This document shows positions 28,782 to 37,832 of a stretch of DNA of 64,000 nucleotides, one piece after another. The DNA comes from a virus (Duplodnaviria; Heunggongvirae; Uroviricota; Caudoviricetes): the IMG/VR virus record IMGVR_UViG_3300031902_000927; one strand, written 5' to 3'. Position 1 is the first letter of the stretch. Each line of letters begins with the position of its first letter. Both the position numbers and the translations under genes were made by a program. Under the pieces are notes generated by a model. The model worked only from the letters and a program-made list of their open reading frames with translations. It searched no databases and was not told the origin of the DNA.

Positions 28782-29741
28782 ATGAGGAAAGCGTTTGTGG
28801 GGTTTGTGGGTGTATTAGTTATCTTATCTATATTTACAACAGGTTGCAGCAAAAGTGACCCTTATAATCCTTCAAATTTTATAGATTATTCTAAGCCGAG
28901 ATTCAGTTGGTTTGATAAAGACAAGCCAAATGCAACAATATCAAATTCTACGACATTTACAAAGACTAAATTTGTTCAACAAATTCCAGAAGGTAGAGAT
29001 TATTGGATAGGAACATTTAACATTGAAACGTTTGGCGCAACTAAGGCCGAAAATACGCCTGTTTATGAGGCAATTTTAAACATTATTAGACAATATGATA
29101 TTATAGCCATACAAGAAATCCGTGATAATTCTGGGACAGTTGCCGCGCATCTAGGAAATATTAGTGGGTATCGGTTGGAGATGTCTGATAGGTTGGGGAG
29201 AAGTATTTCTAAGGAACAATATGCGTTCCTATGGACAGGCAGGGTTGTTCCAGGAGTGTCACGGCAATATCCAGACTCAAATGACAAATTCGAGAGACCA
29301 CCATTTATGATGGACTTTACTTTAGATGATTATCATTTTGTAATAATTACAGTTCACACAAAACCAGAAGATGCACAAGAAGAAATTAAAGCTCTTCCAG
29401 AAGTAGTAGATTGGGCGAGAACACAATATCAATTAGATGATATTTTTATAATGGGAGACCTAAATATGGATTGCACATATTTTAATAAATTTAATTTAGC
29501 GTTTACAAATTATACACTTTTAATAAATGAGAAGGCAGATACTACAGTCTCTAAGACTACTAATTGTGCTTATGATAGGATTGTTGCAACTAGAATTAAT
29601 GATAATATTTTATCAAGTGGTGTGGATAACGAAGAAGCAGCCACAGATGGTGATGAAACATTACAGTCGGCAATTTCCGACCATTGGCCTGTTTATTGGA
29701 CTTATAAGAAAGCAGAAATAAATACTACCATTGAGAATTGA
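28782..29741 (+). CDS. secreted lipoprotein nuclease/phosphatase of the endonuclease-exonuclease-phosphatase (EEP, DNase I-like) family
   Basis: Signal + lipobox-like FTTGC; IIAIQEIRD, FIMGDLNMD and SDHWPVY EEP motifs. Confidence 0.7.
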   Translation: MRKAFVGFVGVLVILSIFTTGCSKSDPYNPSNFIDYSKPRFSWFDKDKPNATISNSTTFTKTKFVQQIPEGRDYWIGTFNIETFGATKAENTPVYEAILNIIRQYDIIAIQEIRDNSGTVAAHLGNISGYRLEMSDRLGRSISKEQYAFLWTGRVVPGVSRQYPDSNDKFERPPFMMDFTLDDYHFVIITVHTKPEDAQEEIKALPEVVDWARTQYQLDDIFIMGDLNMDCTYFNKFNLAFTNYTLLINEKADTTVSKTTNCAYDRIVATRINDNILSSGVDNEEAATDGDETLQSAISDHWPVYWTYKKAEINTTIEN

Positions 29742-29966
29742 ATATGAACAAAATAATAAAATCAATTAAAAATTTTATCGATAAGTATTGGATTTTATTG
29801 TTAATTATTGGAATAACATTAATTATTGTTGGGTTATGGTTATGAATAAAAAAAGACAAATGTGATGTTTGTGCTTGTACAATTTATGATAAAAATAATA
29901 AGGTTGTAGTTAATAATATTACTTATCATAAACGATGTTTCAAAGATAAATCTAAGAGGAAATCAA

Positions 29967-30386
29967 ATGAATGATGAAGAATTGAAAAAGGAATTTGGAG
30001 AAGATGTGATTAAAAAGGATGATAATATTACTCCTAAGAAAAAAGATAGTTTTTGGAAGTCTCTATTTTTTCCAATTTTAGTTATAGTATTAGCAATTGT
30101 AGCTTTGATTTATTTCGGAGCAATACCTAGTATAATACATAAAGTAAATGAGACACAAAATAATACTCAAAATATTTCGTTATATACACAAGAAACTTGT
30201 AAATGTGGTCCTTGTAATATGACAATATCTTTATCAAATTTATCTAAAGAAGGATATAAAGATTTAAAATGTTGTGTTCACGCAACTTGGAATACTACGA
30301 CCAATCAATGTGATTTTAAATATCAAACAACAAAGATAGTATTACCAAAACCAACTGTTGTGAATAGTACAACTAATGCAAGTTAA
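29967..30386 (+). CDS. membrane-anchored Cys-containing protein
   Basis: TM LFFPILVIVLAIVALIYFGAIP; CKCGPC. Confidence 0.4.
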   Translation: MNDEELKKEFGEDVIKKDDNITPKKKDSFWKSLFFPILVIVLAIVALIYFGAIPSIIHKVNETQNNTQNISLYTQETCKCGPCNMTISLSNLSKEGYKDLKCCVHATWNTTTNQCDFKYQTTKIVLPKPTVVNSTTNAS

Positions 30387-30394
30387 TACTCACA

Positions 30395-30975
30395 ACGAGT
30401 GCCTACACGATAGTTTTTGGGTTTTGTTCTGATTTTAACGATGACGAACATACTCACATCTTTTTCCCAATAACAAATGAGTGTAGTAAAATCATATGCG
30501 AGATTGAAGAGTCTCTAAAAAGCATATCCGTAAAAGGGAGTACAGACGTAAATCGTAAGGTGGTCTGTATTTGATATTTTCAAATTCCTGAAACATCCAC
30601 AGTCTTATTGGTGTGTTATGACTTTGAGGGTTTAAGAGTCTGTTTCGATAAAATATTTTATTGATGCGAGTAAAGAGATAATTCCTCTTTGTAAAAATTA
30701 TACGCCCTACGCTGACTGTAGAACAAACAAGATTTATCCAAGAGGTAAAACTCGGCGAAAGCTTCAAATGGCTTGTTTGTGGATGCAGGATAGACCAGGT
30801 GGTAAGGCACACAAATAAGTCCTTATTGCCTTAAAAATTATCTCGGAAATGCGATAGGGACAAAAGTGTTAGCAGACGGTTAGAACACGATGAAGCTTGG
30901 ATGCTTTGCTTGATTTAATAATCGTTATAAGACGCATTGACACACAAATCCTCGCAAGTTTTCCGAGATTAATTA
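30395..30975. ncRNA. GC-enriched island without + strand ORF: candidate structured RNA or cis element
   Basis: About 580 nt with clearly higher GC than flanks; only a low-complexity minus ORF (30492..30812). Confidence 0.25.
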
Positions 30976-30977
30976 CA

Positions 30978-31073
30978 ATGATAAAAGTTAAATGCGAAAG
31001 ATGCGATAAACCAAAAGACAATCCTTATGAATATTTTGAAGGAATGTGTAAAGAATGTTATTATGGAGAATAA
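30978..31073 (+). CDS. tiny zinc-ribbon protein (31 aa)
   Basis: MIKVKCERCDKPKDNPYEYFEGMCKECYYGE. Confidence 0.3.
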   Translation: MIKVKCERCDKPKDNPYEYFEGMCKECYYGE

Positions 31074-31074
31074 A

Positions 31075-31506
31075 ATGAGTGCTACCGATTATTATTTTTG
31101 TCCTAAGTGTAAAAATAAAGTTATTGATTATGTAAATAAATGGATTTTATTAATTGATAATGAATATGGAAAAGTAGATTTGTCCACGTGGGAAATGTTA
31201 GTAAAGTGTAAAGCTTTAATAATTGATTATCAAAAAGCTTGGAAGAATGAGTCGGAATCCTTTAAAGAACCGAAAGATGCTTCAAAACTATTTGATTATT
31301 TAGAAGAACATTTTGAAGGAGATTTTGATGGTTGTGAAATTCAAGGAGTAGAAAATTCATTCACAACAATTCGTTATGATTCCGATACGGCAATAAGTGA
31401 TGATGGTTTATTAGATATGTCAGAAACATATGATTGTCAATGTTGTGATTTTCATATTGAAATATCTAAGATTTGGAAAGAAGGAAAGAATGAAGAGGCA
31501 AAATGA
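31075..31506 (+). CDS. hypothetical protein with N-terminal CPKC zinc motif
   Basis: ATG 31075 directly after upstream stop; track ORF opens at 31027. Confidence 0.45.
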   Translation: MSATDYYFCPKCKNKVIDYVNKWILLIDNEYGKVDLSTWEMLVKCKALIIDYQKAWKNESESFKEPKDASKLFDYLEEHFEGDFDGCEIQGVENSFTTIRYDSDTAISDDGLLDMSETYDCQCCDFHIEISKIWKEGKNEEAK

Positions 31507-31682
31507 ATAGTAGTTTATTTCAACCAGATTGGTTTTGGATAACATTTATATTTGTAATCTGTTTAGGAGCAGCATTAGAAGTGTGGTCTCATAATAAAAA
31601 TAATCACGGGTATTTTAGTGATGCTTTAATTTTAGCAGCTTTAATGGGGTTTGCTAAATATACAATTATAAGAGGTTGGTAA
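31503..31682 (+). CDS. small membrane protein (59 aa)
   Basis: ATGA overlap; WFWITFIFVICLGAAL. Confidence 0.3.
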   Translation: MNSSLFQPDWFWITFIFVICLGAALEVWSHNKNNHGYFSDALILAALMGFAKYTIIRGW

Positions 31683-31953
31683 TTTGGATTGTAAAAAGAT
31701 TATGAGAAATGGGAACAGATGTCCAAAAACAGCAATGCTTTCTGGATATTGTATTAGACATTATACTCAAGTAATGGAAGTAAAAAGGTACAAAAAGTGA
31801 AATATTCCAAAGAATTAAAAGAAGCTTGTCAAGAACTTTCAACTAATCTTGATGATTGGATTGAAATGAAAGATGGTCCGATGATTATTAAACAATTACA
31901 AAAAATCAAGACGACTATTATGAAATTTGAAGTAGAAAATATGAGATGATATT

Positions 31954-32256
31954 ATGAATTCAGAAGGAACACAAAATAAAGAAATATATGTAGATGATGA
32001 AGATATGTATAAATATTGTCCAATTTGTGCCGAACCTTGGGAAAATCACACATCTGGTTTAATACTAGATGAGAATGGTAAACAACAGATGGAGTGTAAT
32101 CCTTTAAGATTAATAATGTTGAGAAAGCCAAGATTTTATGTAATTGATGTTGATAATTACAACGAGGAATTCCTAAAAAGTATAATATTGTGGCAAGATG
32201 AATATATAAATTATCTTGTTAAAGAAAATTTAATTTTAAAAGAAAAGAATAAATGA
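31954..32256 (+). CDS. zinc-ribbon protein
   Basis: CPICAEPWENH...C. Confidence 0.4.
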   Translation: MNSEGTQNKEIYVDDEDMYKYCPICAEPWENHTSGLILDENGKQQMECNPLRLIMLRKPRFYVIDVDNYNEEFLKSIILWQDEYINYLVKENLILKEKNK

Positions 32257-32434
32257 GGTAATAACTTGAACGATTCCTTAGAAACGATTTGTTTGAACCA
32301 ATTTATTAAACCAAAATATCATATTGAAAGAGAAGGTTATGGAAATTGCATAACTTGTCTTAGAGATTAAAGTAACATTAAATGTAAAGGGTATTATCCA
32401 ATAAAAATTAGATATTTTATAGTAGAGGATAAAA

Positions 32435-32551
32435 ATGGTTAAAGTTAAATGTCCCAAGTGTAAAGAAAAGATTTTAGGAGATAAGGAAGTTGGTAAAGAA
32501 TTAACTTGTTGTAAATGCCAACATAAATTCGTTGTGACTAAAAATGGATAA
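32435..32551 (+). CDS. tiny zinc-ribbon protein (38 aa)
   Basis: GAGGATAAAAATG; CPKC...CCKC. Confidence 0.35.
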   Translation: MVKVKCPKCKEKILGDKEVGKELTCCKCQHKFVVTKNG

Positions 32552-32744
32552 TTTAATATATGATGATATGGTTAAGAAGTATGCTGAAATTCAAAGATTT
32601 GGTTTTCGTATTAAATTTGTTTGCATTAAATGTGGAGCATCTTTTGATGTAGATGATTTAAATTTAGCATTACCACATAAAATAAATTGTGATATGATTA
32701 ATAGAAATAATGATTTTAGGAGTAAAAATGAAAATAACATTTAA
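32544..32744 (+). CDS. small Cys-containing protein
   Basis: CIKCG...C. Confidence 0.35.
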   Translation: MDNLIYDDMVKKYAEIQRFGFRIKFVCIKCGASFDVDDLNLALPHKINCDMINRNNDFRSKNENNI

Positions 32745-33336
32745 ATTAGTTGATGAGCAACACGTTGATATAATGTGTGGAGAAAATAAGATAGGACATA
32801 TTTTTAGTCCGAGTGGTTCTGGAGAAAATGTTTTAAATGCTATTCAAGTGTGTGGCTTCGATGAAGCATTTTCTTTATGGGGATGTGGATGTTTTGCAGA
32901 GAAGAAAAAGAAAGATTCTAAAGCAGGTGAATATTCTTGTTCTTCTATTATGAAGAAGGATATTCAGTTGAGATTTTCCGATTATGTTAATGATAAAGAT
33001 TCTAATAATCATTATTACCGTAATTGTACAAGATGTTATAATAGTCCTTGTACTTGTGAAGTTCTAGGACAAAATGGCATACCTTTTATTGTTAAGCACG
33101 AATATGAGATTAAGGATAAATTGGAGTATAAGAATGGAGAAATTGCTGCTCAAAATGAAGTAGAACAATTTTCTATGGGAAATATAAATAATTCACAAAA
33201 GATAGATGGTAGTAATCTTTGTCCAAAATGCAAATCTAAAAATATTAGATATTTTCAACAACCAGATGAATGGATGAAAAATCAACCTTATAATTCAATA
33301 TGTGAAAATTGTAAACATAGATTTAATCGAGTATAA
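32728..33336 (+). CDS. cysteine-rich protein with C-terminal zinc ribbons
   Basis: CPKCKSKN...CENCKHRF. Confidence 0.4.
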   Translation: MKITFKLVDEQHVDIMCGENKIGHIFSPSGSGENVLNAIQVCGFDEAFSLWGCGCFAEKKKKDSKAGEYSCSSIMKKDIQLRFSDYVNDKDSNNHYYRNCTRCYNSPCTCEVLGQNGIPFIVKHEYEIKDKLEYKNGEIAAQNEVEQFSMGNINNSQKIDGSNLCPKCKSKNIRYFQQPDEWMKNQPYNSICENCKHRFNRV

Positions 33337-33337
33337 A

Positions 33338-33565
33338 ATGAAAGAATCAAAATTTCATTTGATATTATTTTTTGTATTTTTTGTATTTTTAGTTTTTTCT
33401 ACATATTGTTTTGTAAGAAATAGTCAATTAAAATTATACGAATATATGTTTTTATTTTTTTTTATTTTCGTGGCAAATTATTTTAATTGGACAAGATTTA
33501 TTGATATTAAAAAGAAAGAAGAATTTAAAGAATGGAAAAAGAGTGTACTTGGAGAGGATTTGTAG
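33338..33565 (+). CDS. small membrane protein
   Basis: 2 TM; internal ATG after upstream stop. Confidence 0.35.
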   Translation: MKESKFHLILFFVFFVFLVFSTYCFVRNSQLKLYEYMFLFFFIFVANYFNWTRFIDIKKKEEFKEWKKSVLGEDL

Positions 33566-33574
33566 GAGGACAAA

Positions 33575-33829
33575 ATGCGTTATAGTAGAAAGAATGTTAC
33601 AAATACACGTAGAAGCAGCGTAAAGAAGCTAGTTTCTGCTAAAAAGAAAATAATCCATATACCATTATCTATAAGAAAGATAAATAAAGATAATATAATA
33701 AAGATTTGTGATTTTTGTAGCACTCCTACAGATGATATTTGTAATGAATGTAAACGACCAATTTGTTCGATACATTCGTTAGAAAATAAATCACATCAAT
33801 GTGAAATTAATAAAAATAAAAAGAAATAA
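33575..33829 (+). CDS. basic zinc-finger protein
   Basis: CDFCSTP...CNECKRPIC. Confidence 0.4.
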   Translation: MRYSRKNVTNTRRSSVKKLVSAKKKIIHIPLSIRKINKDNIIKICDFCSTPTDDICNECKRPICSIHSLENKSHQCEINKNKKK

Positions 33830-34141
33830 AATGGATATACAATTAAGATATTATGGAGTGTGTCTTGGAGTTTGTTCTGGAGCTTCTATAATGTTAGGAT
33901 TTATTGCTTTATCACCTAAAGGTGTAAGTTTATCACATCCAATTTTATTTGGTATATTTTTATTATTTTAGCAATAGTTACATTTATTGGAGCACTATAT
34001 ACTGTAAAAAGGTCAGATAAATGAACAATAGAACTCACAAATGTATAAGATGCAGAAAAACGTATCTTATCACACCAGAAGCTACACAATTTCATTTGAC
34101 GTGCGAAATAGTTAAATGGAACGCAAATTGGAAGAAATAAA

Positions 34142-34357
34142 ATGCAAGTAGATAAAATTCAACTCCATAAAAAACTTCCTAATGGAAAAAAACAAGTATA
34201 TTTTAGATGGATATGCTCTTGTGGAAGTTCAAATAAAGAAGATACATTTAGATGTAAAAAATGTTCAACTGATAGATTTACATTTGTAGAAGAATTAGCA
34301 TTGGGTAAGAGAATTACAAAAAAATTATTACAATTAAAAAGGAAACACATATCATAG
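34142..34357 (+). CDS. zinc-ribbon protein
   Basis: CSCGS...CKKCS. Confidence 0.4.
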   Translation: MQVDKIQLHKKLPNGKKQVYFRWICSCGSSNKEDTFRCKKCSTDRFTFVEELALGKRITKKLLQLKRKHIS

Positions 34358-34390
34358 TCCAAAAATAATTCTTGCAATGGACAAACCTCT

Positions 34391-34427
34391 TGGGTAGGGA
34401 TTGGCGAATCTCTACCCAGTTATTTTT
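34391..34427 (+). terminator. rho-independent terminator-like hairpin + T-run
   Basis: TGGGTAG...CTACCCA stem followed by TTATTTTT. Confidence 0.5.
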
Positions 34428-34435
34428 AAAGCAAG

Positions 34436-34711
34436 ATGGAGATTAAAATGGGAAATTATAATTACAAGAAAGATATAATAGTTAGTCCAAAAGATAAAGT
34501 TAAAATAAAAATTGGAGAATATATTTCAGTAGTATTTGAAAAAGATAAGAATGAATATTTTGGTCCAGAGACATTAAAAGAAGGAGATTGTTTTTGGACA
34601 ATAAGAATGGATAAAGATACTTATTTTGATACTTTAAGACAAGAAGATGCAATTATCATAAGTAATCAAATTAAAATAATGTCGATGCTTACTGATATGG
34701 TTAGGGAATAA
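34436..34711 (+). CDS. hypothetical protein
   Basis: 91 aa. Confidence 0.4.
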   Translation: MEIKMGNYNYKKDIIVSPKDKVKIKIGEYISVVFEKDKNEYFGPETLKEGDCFWTIRMDKDTYFDTLRQEDAIIISNQIKIMSMLTDMVRE

Positions 34712-34712
34712 A

Positions 34713-34994
34713 ATGGGAAGAAAAGAATGTAGGTGCAGAACGTGCAGTCATATTAATCATTTGAGATTTGATAAAAGGCTTAGAGAACAAGGCAAGAAAA
34801 CAGATGTTTATGATATAATTAATATTGATTTTGAAGAGAAAATTGGCATAATTCATTGGCGTGGAGGTTGGAGGCAGTATGTTTCAAGAACCAATCCAGA
34901 AGTTGATATGTCAAGAAGCTGCAACAAAGAAGTAAATGATTTTATTGATAAATTGATGGAAGAGAGAAGGAGAAAAGATGAAGAAAATAATTAA
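34713..34994 (+). CDS. hypothetical protein with CRCRTCSH motif
   Basis: 93 aa. Confidence 0.4.
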   Translation: MGRKECRCRTCSHINHLRFDKRLREQGKKTDVYDIINIDFEEKIGIIHWRGGWRQYVSRTNPEVDMSRSCNKEVNDFIDKLMEERRRKDEENN

Positions 34995-35238
34995 TTCGAA
35001 AACTATTGAATCATTATATATTATATCTTTGGAAAATTTATTAGTTATCACATTTCTTATTGTATCGATTGTTTATCATATAATATATGGAATTATATTT
35101 TTATCTATTTTCTTTGTATTATTTAATCTTTTAGCATATGTATCTGTTATCAGAGATTTAGATAAATATAATTTTCAAGAATGGAAAGCAAGAAATATTT
35201 ATTTGATTGATTGGAAGAATGTCAAGGAGAAGAAATGA
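34978..35238 (+). CDS. membrane protein
   Basis: 2 TM. Confidence 0.4.
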   Translation: MKKIINSKTIESLYIISLENLLVITFLIVSIVYHIIYGIIFLSIFFVLFNLLAYVSVIRDLDKYNFQEWKARNIYLIDWKNVKEKK

Positions 35239-35855
35239 AACTAACAATAGGAGATTTATCCGAAGCCTTAGCAAGATTGAAGAAAAAGAATGGATATATG
35301 TATAATCCTTCTGAAAATGAAATACGAGAAGAAGCTATCTTATACGTAGGAGAACAGAATGGTTGGTTGATTGGATTTTTTGAAGGGCAAGTAAGTTTCA
35401 GCGTGAATATTTCCTTGACAAGTACAAAGAATAAAAGATATGTATTTTTCAAGCCAAATATAATTATATCTAATTCTGATGAGCATCAATTGAAATTTAT
35501 TGTAGATGTTTTACAATTAAAAACAAATATTACTAAAAAGAAGAAGAGAGATTCTTCTCACAATGATTGTCATACACTTAATATACAAGACCTTTCAGAT
35601 ATTTGTAATGTAATTGATAAGCTCTCAAATTGTGATTTTGTTTCACAAATAAAAAAAGAAAAGTTCCAGAGATTTGTTGATTGCTGCGCTTATATAACTA
35701 GGAACAACCTTGCTTCTAATACGGAATGGAAGGAGTCTTTTGTTGAAGCTCTTGATAAAAAGTTAAAGATTAATGATTCGCGTTCTAACATTGCTTCTCA
35801 AAGATATAGTAAAGAGGTCTGGGTAAACAAGATAAAGGACCATTTAGATTCTTGA
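35235..35855 (+). CDS. degenerate LAGLIDADG-like homing endonuclease/maturase-like protein
   Basis: GWLIGFFEGQVSFSVNISLTS...RYVFFKPNIIISNSDEHQLKFIVDVL parallels I-CreI LAGFVDGDGSIIAQIKPNQSYKFKHQLSLTF, but the catalytic Asp position is Gln. Confidence 0.35.
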   Translation: MKLTIGDLSEALARLKKKNGYMYNPSENEIREEAILYVGEQNGWLIGFFEGQVSFSVNISLTSTKNKRYVFFKPNIIISNSDEHQLKFIVDVLQLKTNITKKKKRDSSHNDCHTLNIQDLSDICNVIDKLSNCDFVSQIKKEKFQRFVDCCAYITRNNLASNTEWKESFVEALDKKLKINDSRSNIASQRYSKEVWVNKIKDHLDS

Positions 35856-35859
35856 GGCA

Positions 35860-36420
35860 TTGAATTATTCTGAAATGTATTGTTCTAAATTTATTTTATA
35901 ATTGCTACGTAGGTCTATCTCCATACGTAATTAGGAGCTTGTTAGGATAAAATTACTTATTTTCCACTAATATTGACGATAGAATTGACCGTTTTCTAAG
36001 AAGTATGCAAGGCATACAATGTATGCAATGTATGTGGCCAGATTCACAGATATATGTGAAAGAAACTCAATTCAATTATGGATTCTTACAGATTTTGTAA
36101 GAATAATACGCAATTGGACTACATATCCTATACAATTCGCGTAGTTGTTCCCATATTTAACGCCGTAGGCTTCAGCAGATGGGTCTGCTACACGACTTCT
36201 TAGCAGCTTTGGTAGGATTCTTGGTACAGATGGTACTGTTGCTTCCGAAGAGGCTTCCGCTTCAGAAATAGATGGGAACAACCTGCTGCGCTGCTTCAGA
36301 AACGGTCTGAAGCTACATCAAACTTCAGTAAACTTCAGTAAACTGCCGTAAACTAAACGTTTAGAATTTATATAAAGTCATCCGAAACCTTTATAAATGA
36401 CTATATTATTTCCAAATTGT
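35860..36420. ncRNA. GC-enriched island without + strand ORF with long-range pairing: candidate structured RNA
   Basis: GTTGTTCCCAT (about 36146) pairs with ATGGGAACAAC (about 36275); hairpin GCTTCAGA-aacgg-TCTGAAGC; GTAAACT x4 and CAATGTATG repeats. Confidence 0.3.
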
Positions 36421-36712
36421 GAGAAATCACAGAGGCCAAACAATGACAACAAAAACTAAAAAATGTGTTGGATATAATCAATTACAATCGATTATTTCCG
36501 AGATAATGGATATGCAAACATACCCTAACTGGGATTTTATCAACAATGTATTATCTTGCAAAAATATATTTGGAGAAAATACTTTGTGGTTCTGGATTGG
36601 CGAACTATATATAGTTAGACCAGGCCAGAAAACGGCAGGAGAAATGGAAATTCTTGATGATTGGAATACTGAATTAGATGGTACATTTACTTTTATTGGA
36701 AAGAATAGTTGA
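36419..36712 (+). CDS. hypothetical protein
   Basis: 97 aa; alternative ATG at 36443. Confidence 0.35.
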   Translation: MRNHRGQTMTTKTKKCVGYNQLQSIISEIMDMQTYPNWDFINNVLSCKNIFGENTLWFWIGELYIVRPGQKTAGEMEILDDWNTELDGTFTFIGKNS

Positions 36713-36807
36713 AGAAATGAAATAGCAAAAATGTTTAATGTTAGTAGAAGATTAATTTGTGGTATAAGAAACAACAAAATGTGGACACATATAAAATTGG
36801 AGGAATT

Positions 36808-37230
36808 ATAATGAAAAAATTACAAACAACAAATGATATTGAATTAGAATTTAATAAAGATAAAAATGTTGAGCAAGTTATGATAATACCTTTTCAAGAT
36901 TTATTATTATCAATGAAACTTGTTGAAAAAGATAAAGATAGAAAAACAAAAACTCCTTATGTTAAAATAGAAATAGTTGTCCCAAATGAAATTGGAACAA
37001 CCATTAATGAAGTAATGAACTCTAAATGGAAATTAGCCCTTCTTGGTGTTCAGTATAAACCAGAAAAAGCTAAAAAGATGCAATATAAAACCGAAGAAGA
37101 AAGACTTGACGAAGGATTATGCCCAGAATGTGAAACAGATTTAGTTAAAGCATCACATAATGGTGGCAGTCACGATGATAAACATTCAGTATGTCCAAAT
37201 AAGAAGTGTGGATGGGAGGATTCAGAATGA
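36808..37230 (+). CDS. hypothetical protein with C-terminal zinc ribbon
   Basis: GGAGGAATTATAATG SD; CPECETD...CPNKKCGWED. Confidence 0.45.
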   Translation: MMKKLQTTNDIELEFNKDKNVEQVMIIPFQDLLLSMKLVEKDKDRKTKTPYVKIEIVVPNEIGTTINEVMNSKWKLALLGVQYKPEKAKKMQYKTEEERLDEGLCPECETDLVKASHNGGSHDDKHSVCPNKKCGWEDSE

Positions 37231-37532
37231 TACTTGATGAAGGATACGGATTTATTTCAAGCCAGTACACAGAGGACGGAAAATTCAAAGTAATTCAAAT
37301 CAAAAAAGACTTTCTAAAAAGATTTGAAGGTATCTTTGAAGCAGAAGAAGATGGAAATGTCTATGGTAAAGAAGAAAGACAAGCTGAACTTGATGAAGTA
37401 TTTGATTTTGCAATAAGTTTTCTTGCAGATGTACTTGACCCTGCGAATCATAAAATAGAAATATTAACAAAAGAAGAATTTACCGAAAGACATATGCCAA
37501 AACCAAAACCAAAAGAAGGCGAGAATATGTGA
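37228..37532 (+). CDS. hypothetical acidic protein
   Basis: ATGA overlap. Confidence 0.4.
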
Positions 37533-37646
37533 AATAGATGGAAAGTATCGTGGAGAAGATTGGAACTCTGCTCGTATGGAAAAGAGAAGAGCATTAATCA
37601 TTCAGTACAACCAAGAACGGAAAAATAAAATTGTAGAGGTTAAAAA

Positions 37647-37832
37647 GTGAGAATAATTGTTAATGTAATTCAAGGCGCGTTAATCGTAATAGCGAGAAAT
37701 AAACGTATAGCTCTTGAAGAAATGAAGAAAAATTTTCCAGAATTTGTTTTAACAAATACATTAACTTATGCGTCAAATTCAAGTGGAGAATTAGGAGAAT
37801 ATATGTTTATTAAAAGAGAAATAAAAAAATGA
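37647..37832 (+). CDS. small hypothetical protein (non-ATG start likely)
   Basis: 61 aa. Confidence 0.3.
   Translation: MRIIVNVIQGALIVIARNKRIALEEMKKNFPEFVLTNTLTYASNSSGELGEYMFIKREIKK

Noticed and set aside
30492-30812. Minus ORF inside the first GC island
   Set aside because: The sequence is not protein-like (Ser/Thr/Leu/Arg-rich, no motifs). The region is treated as non-coding.
36072-36281. Minus ORF inside the second GC island
   Set aside because: It is low-complexity Ala/Ser-rich and overlaps the long-range inverted repeats. It is likely non-coding.
30395-36420. tRNA genes in the GC-rich islands
   Set aside because: No cloverleaf with a GTTCRANYC T-loop and matching acceptor stem could be found by eye. 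This needs tRNAscan to exclude.
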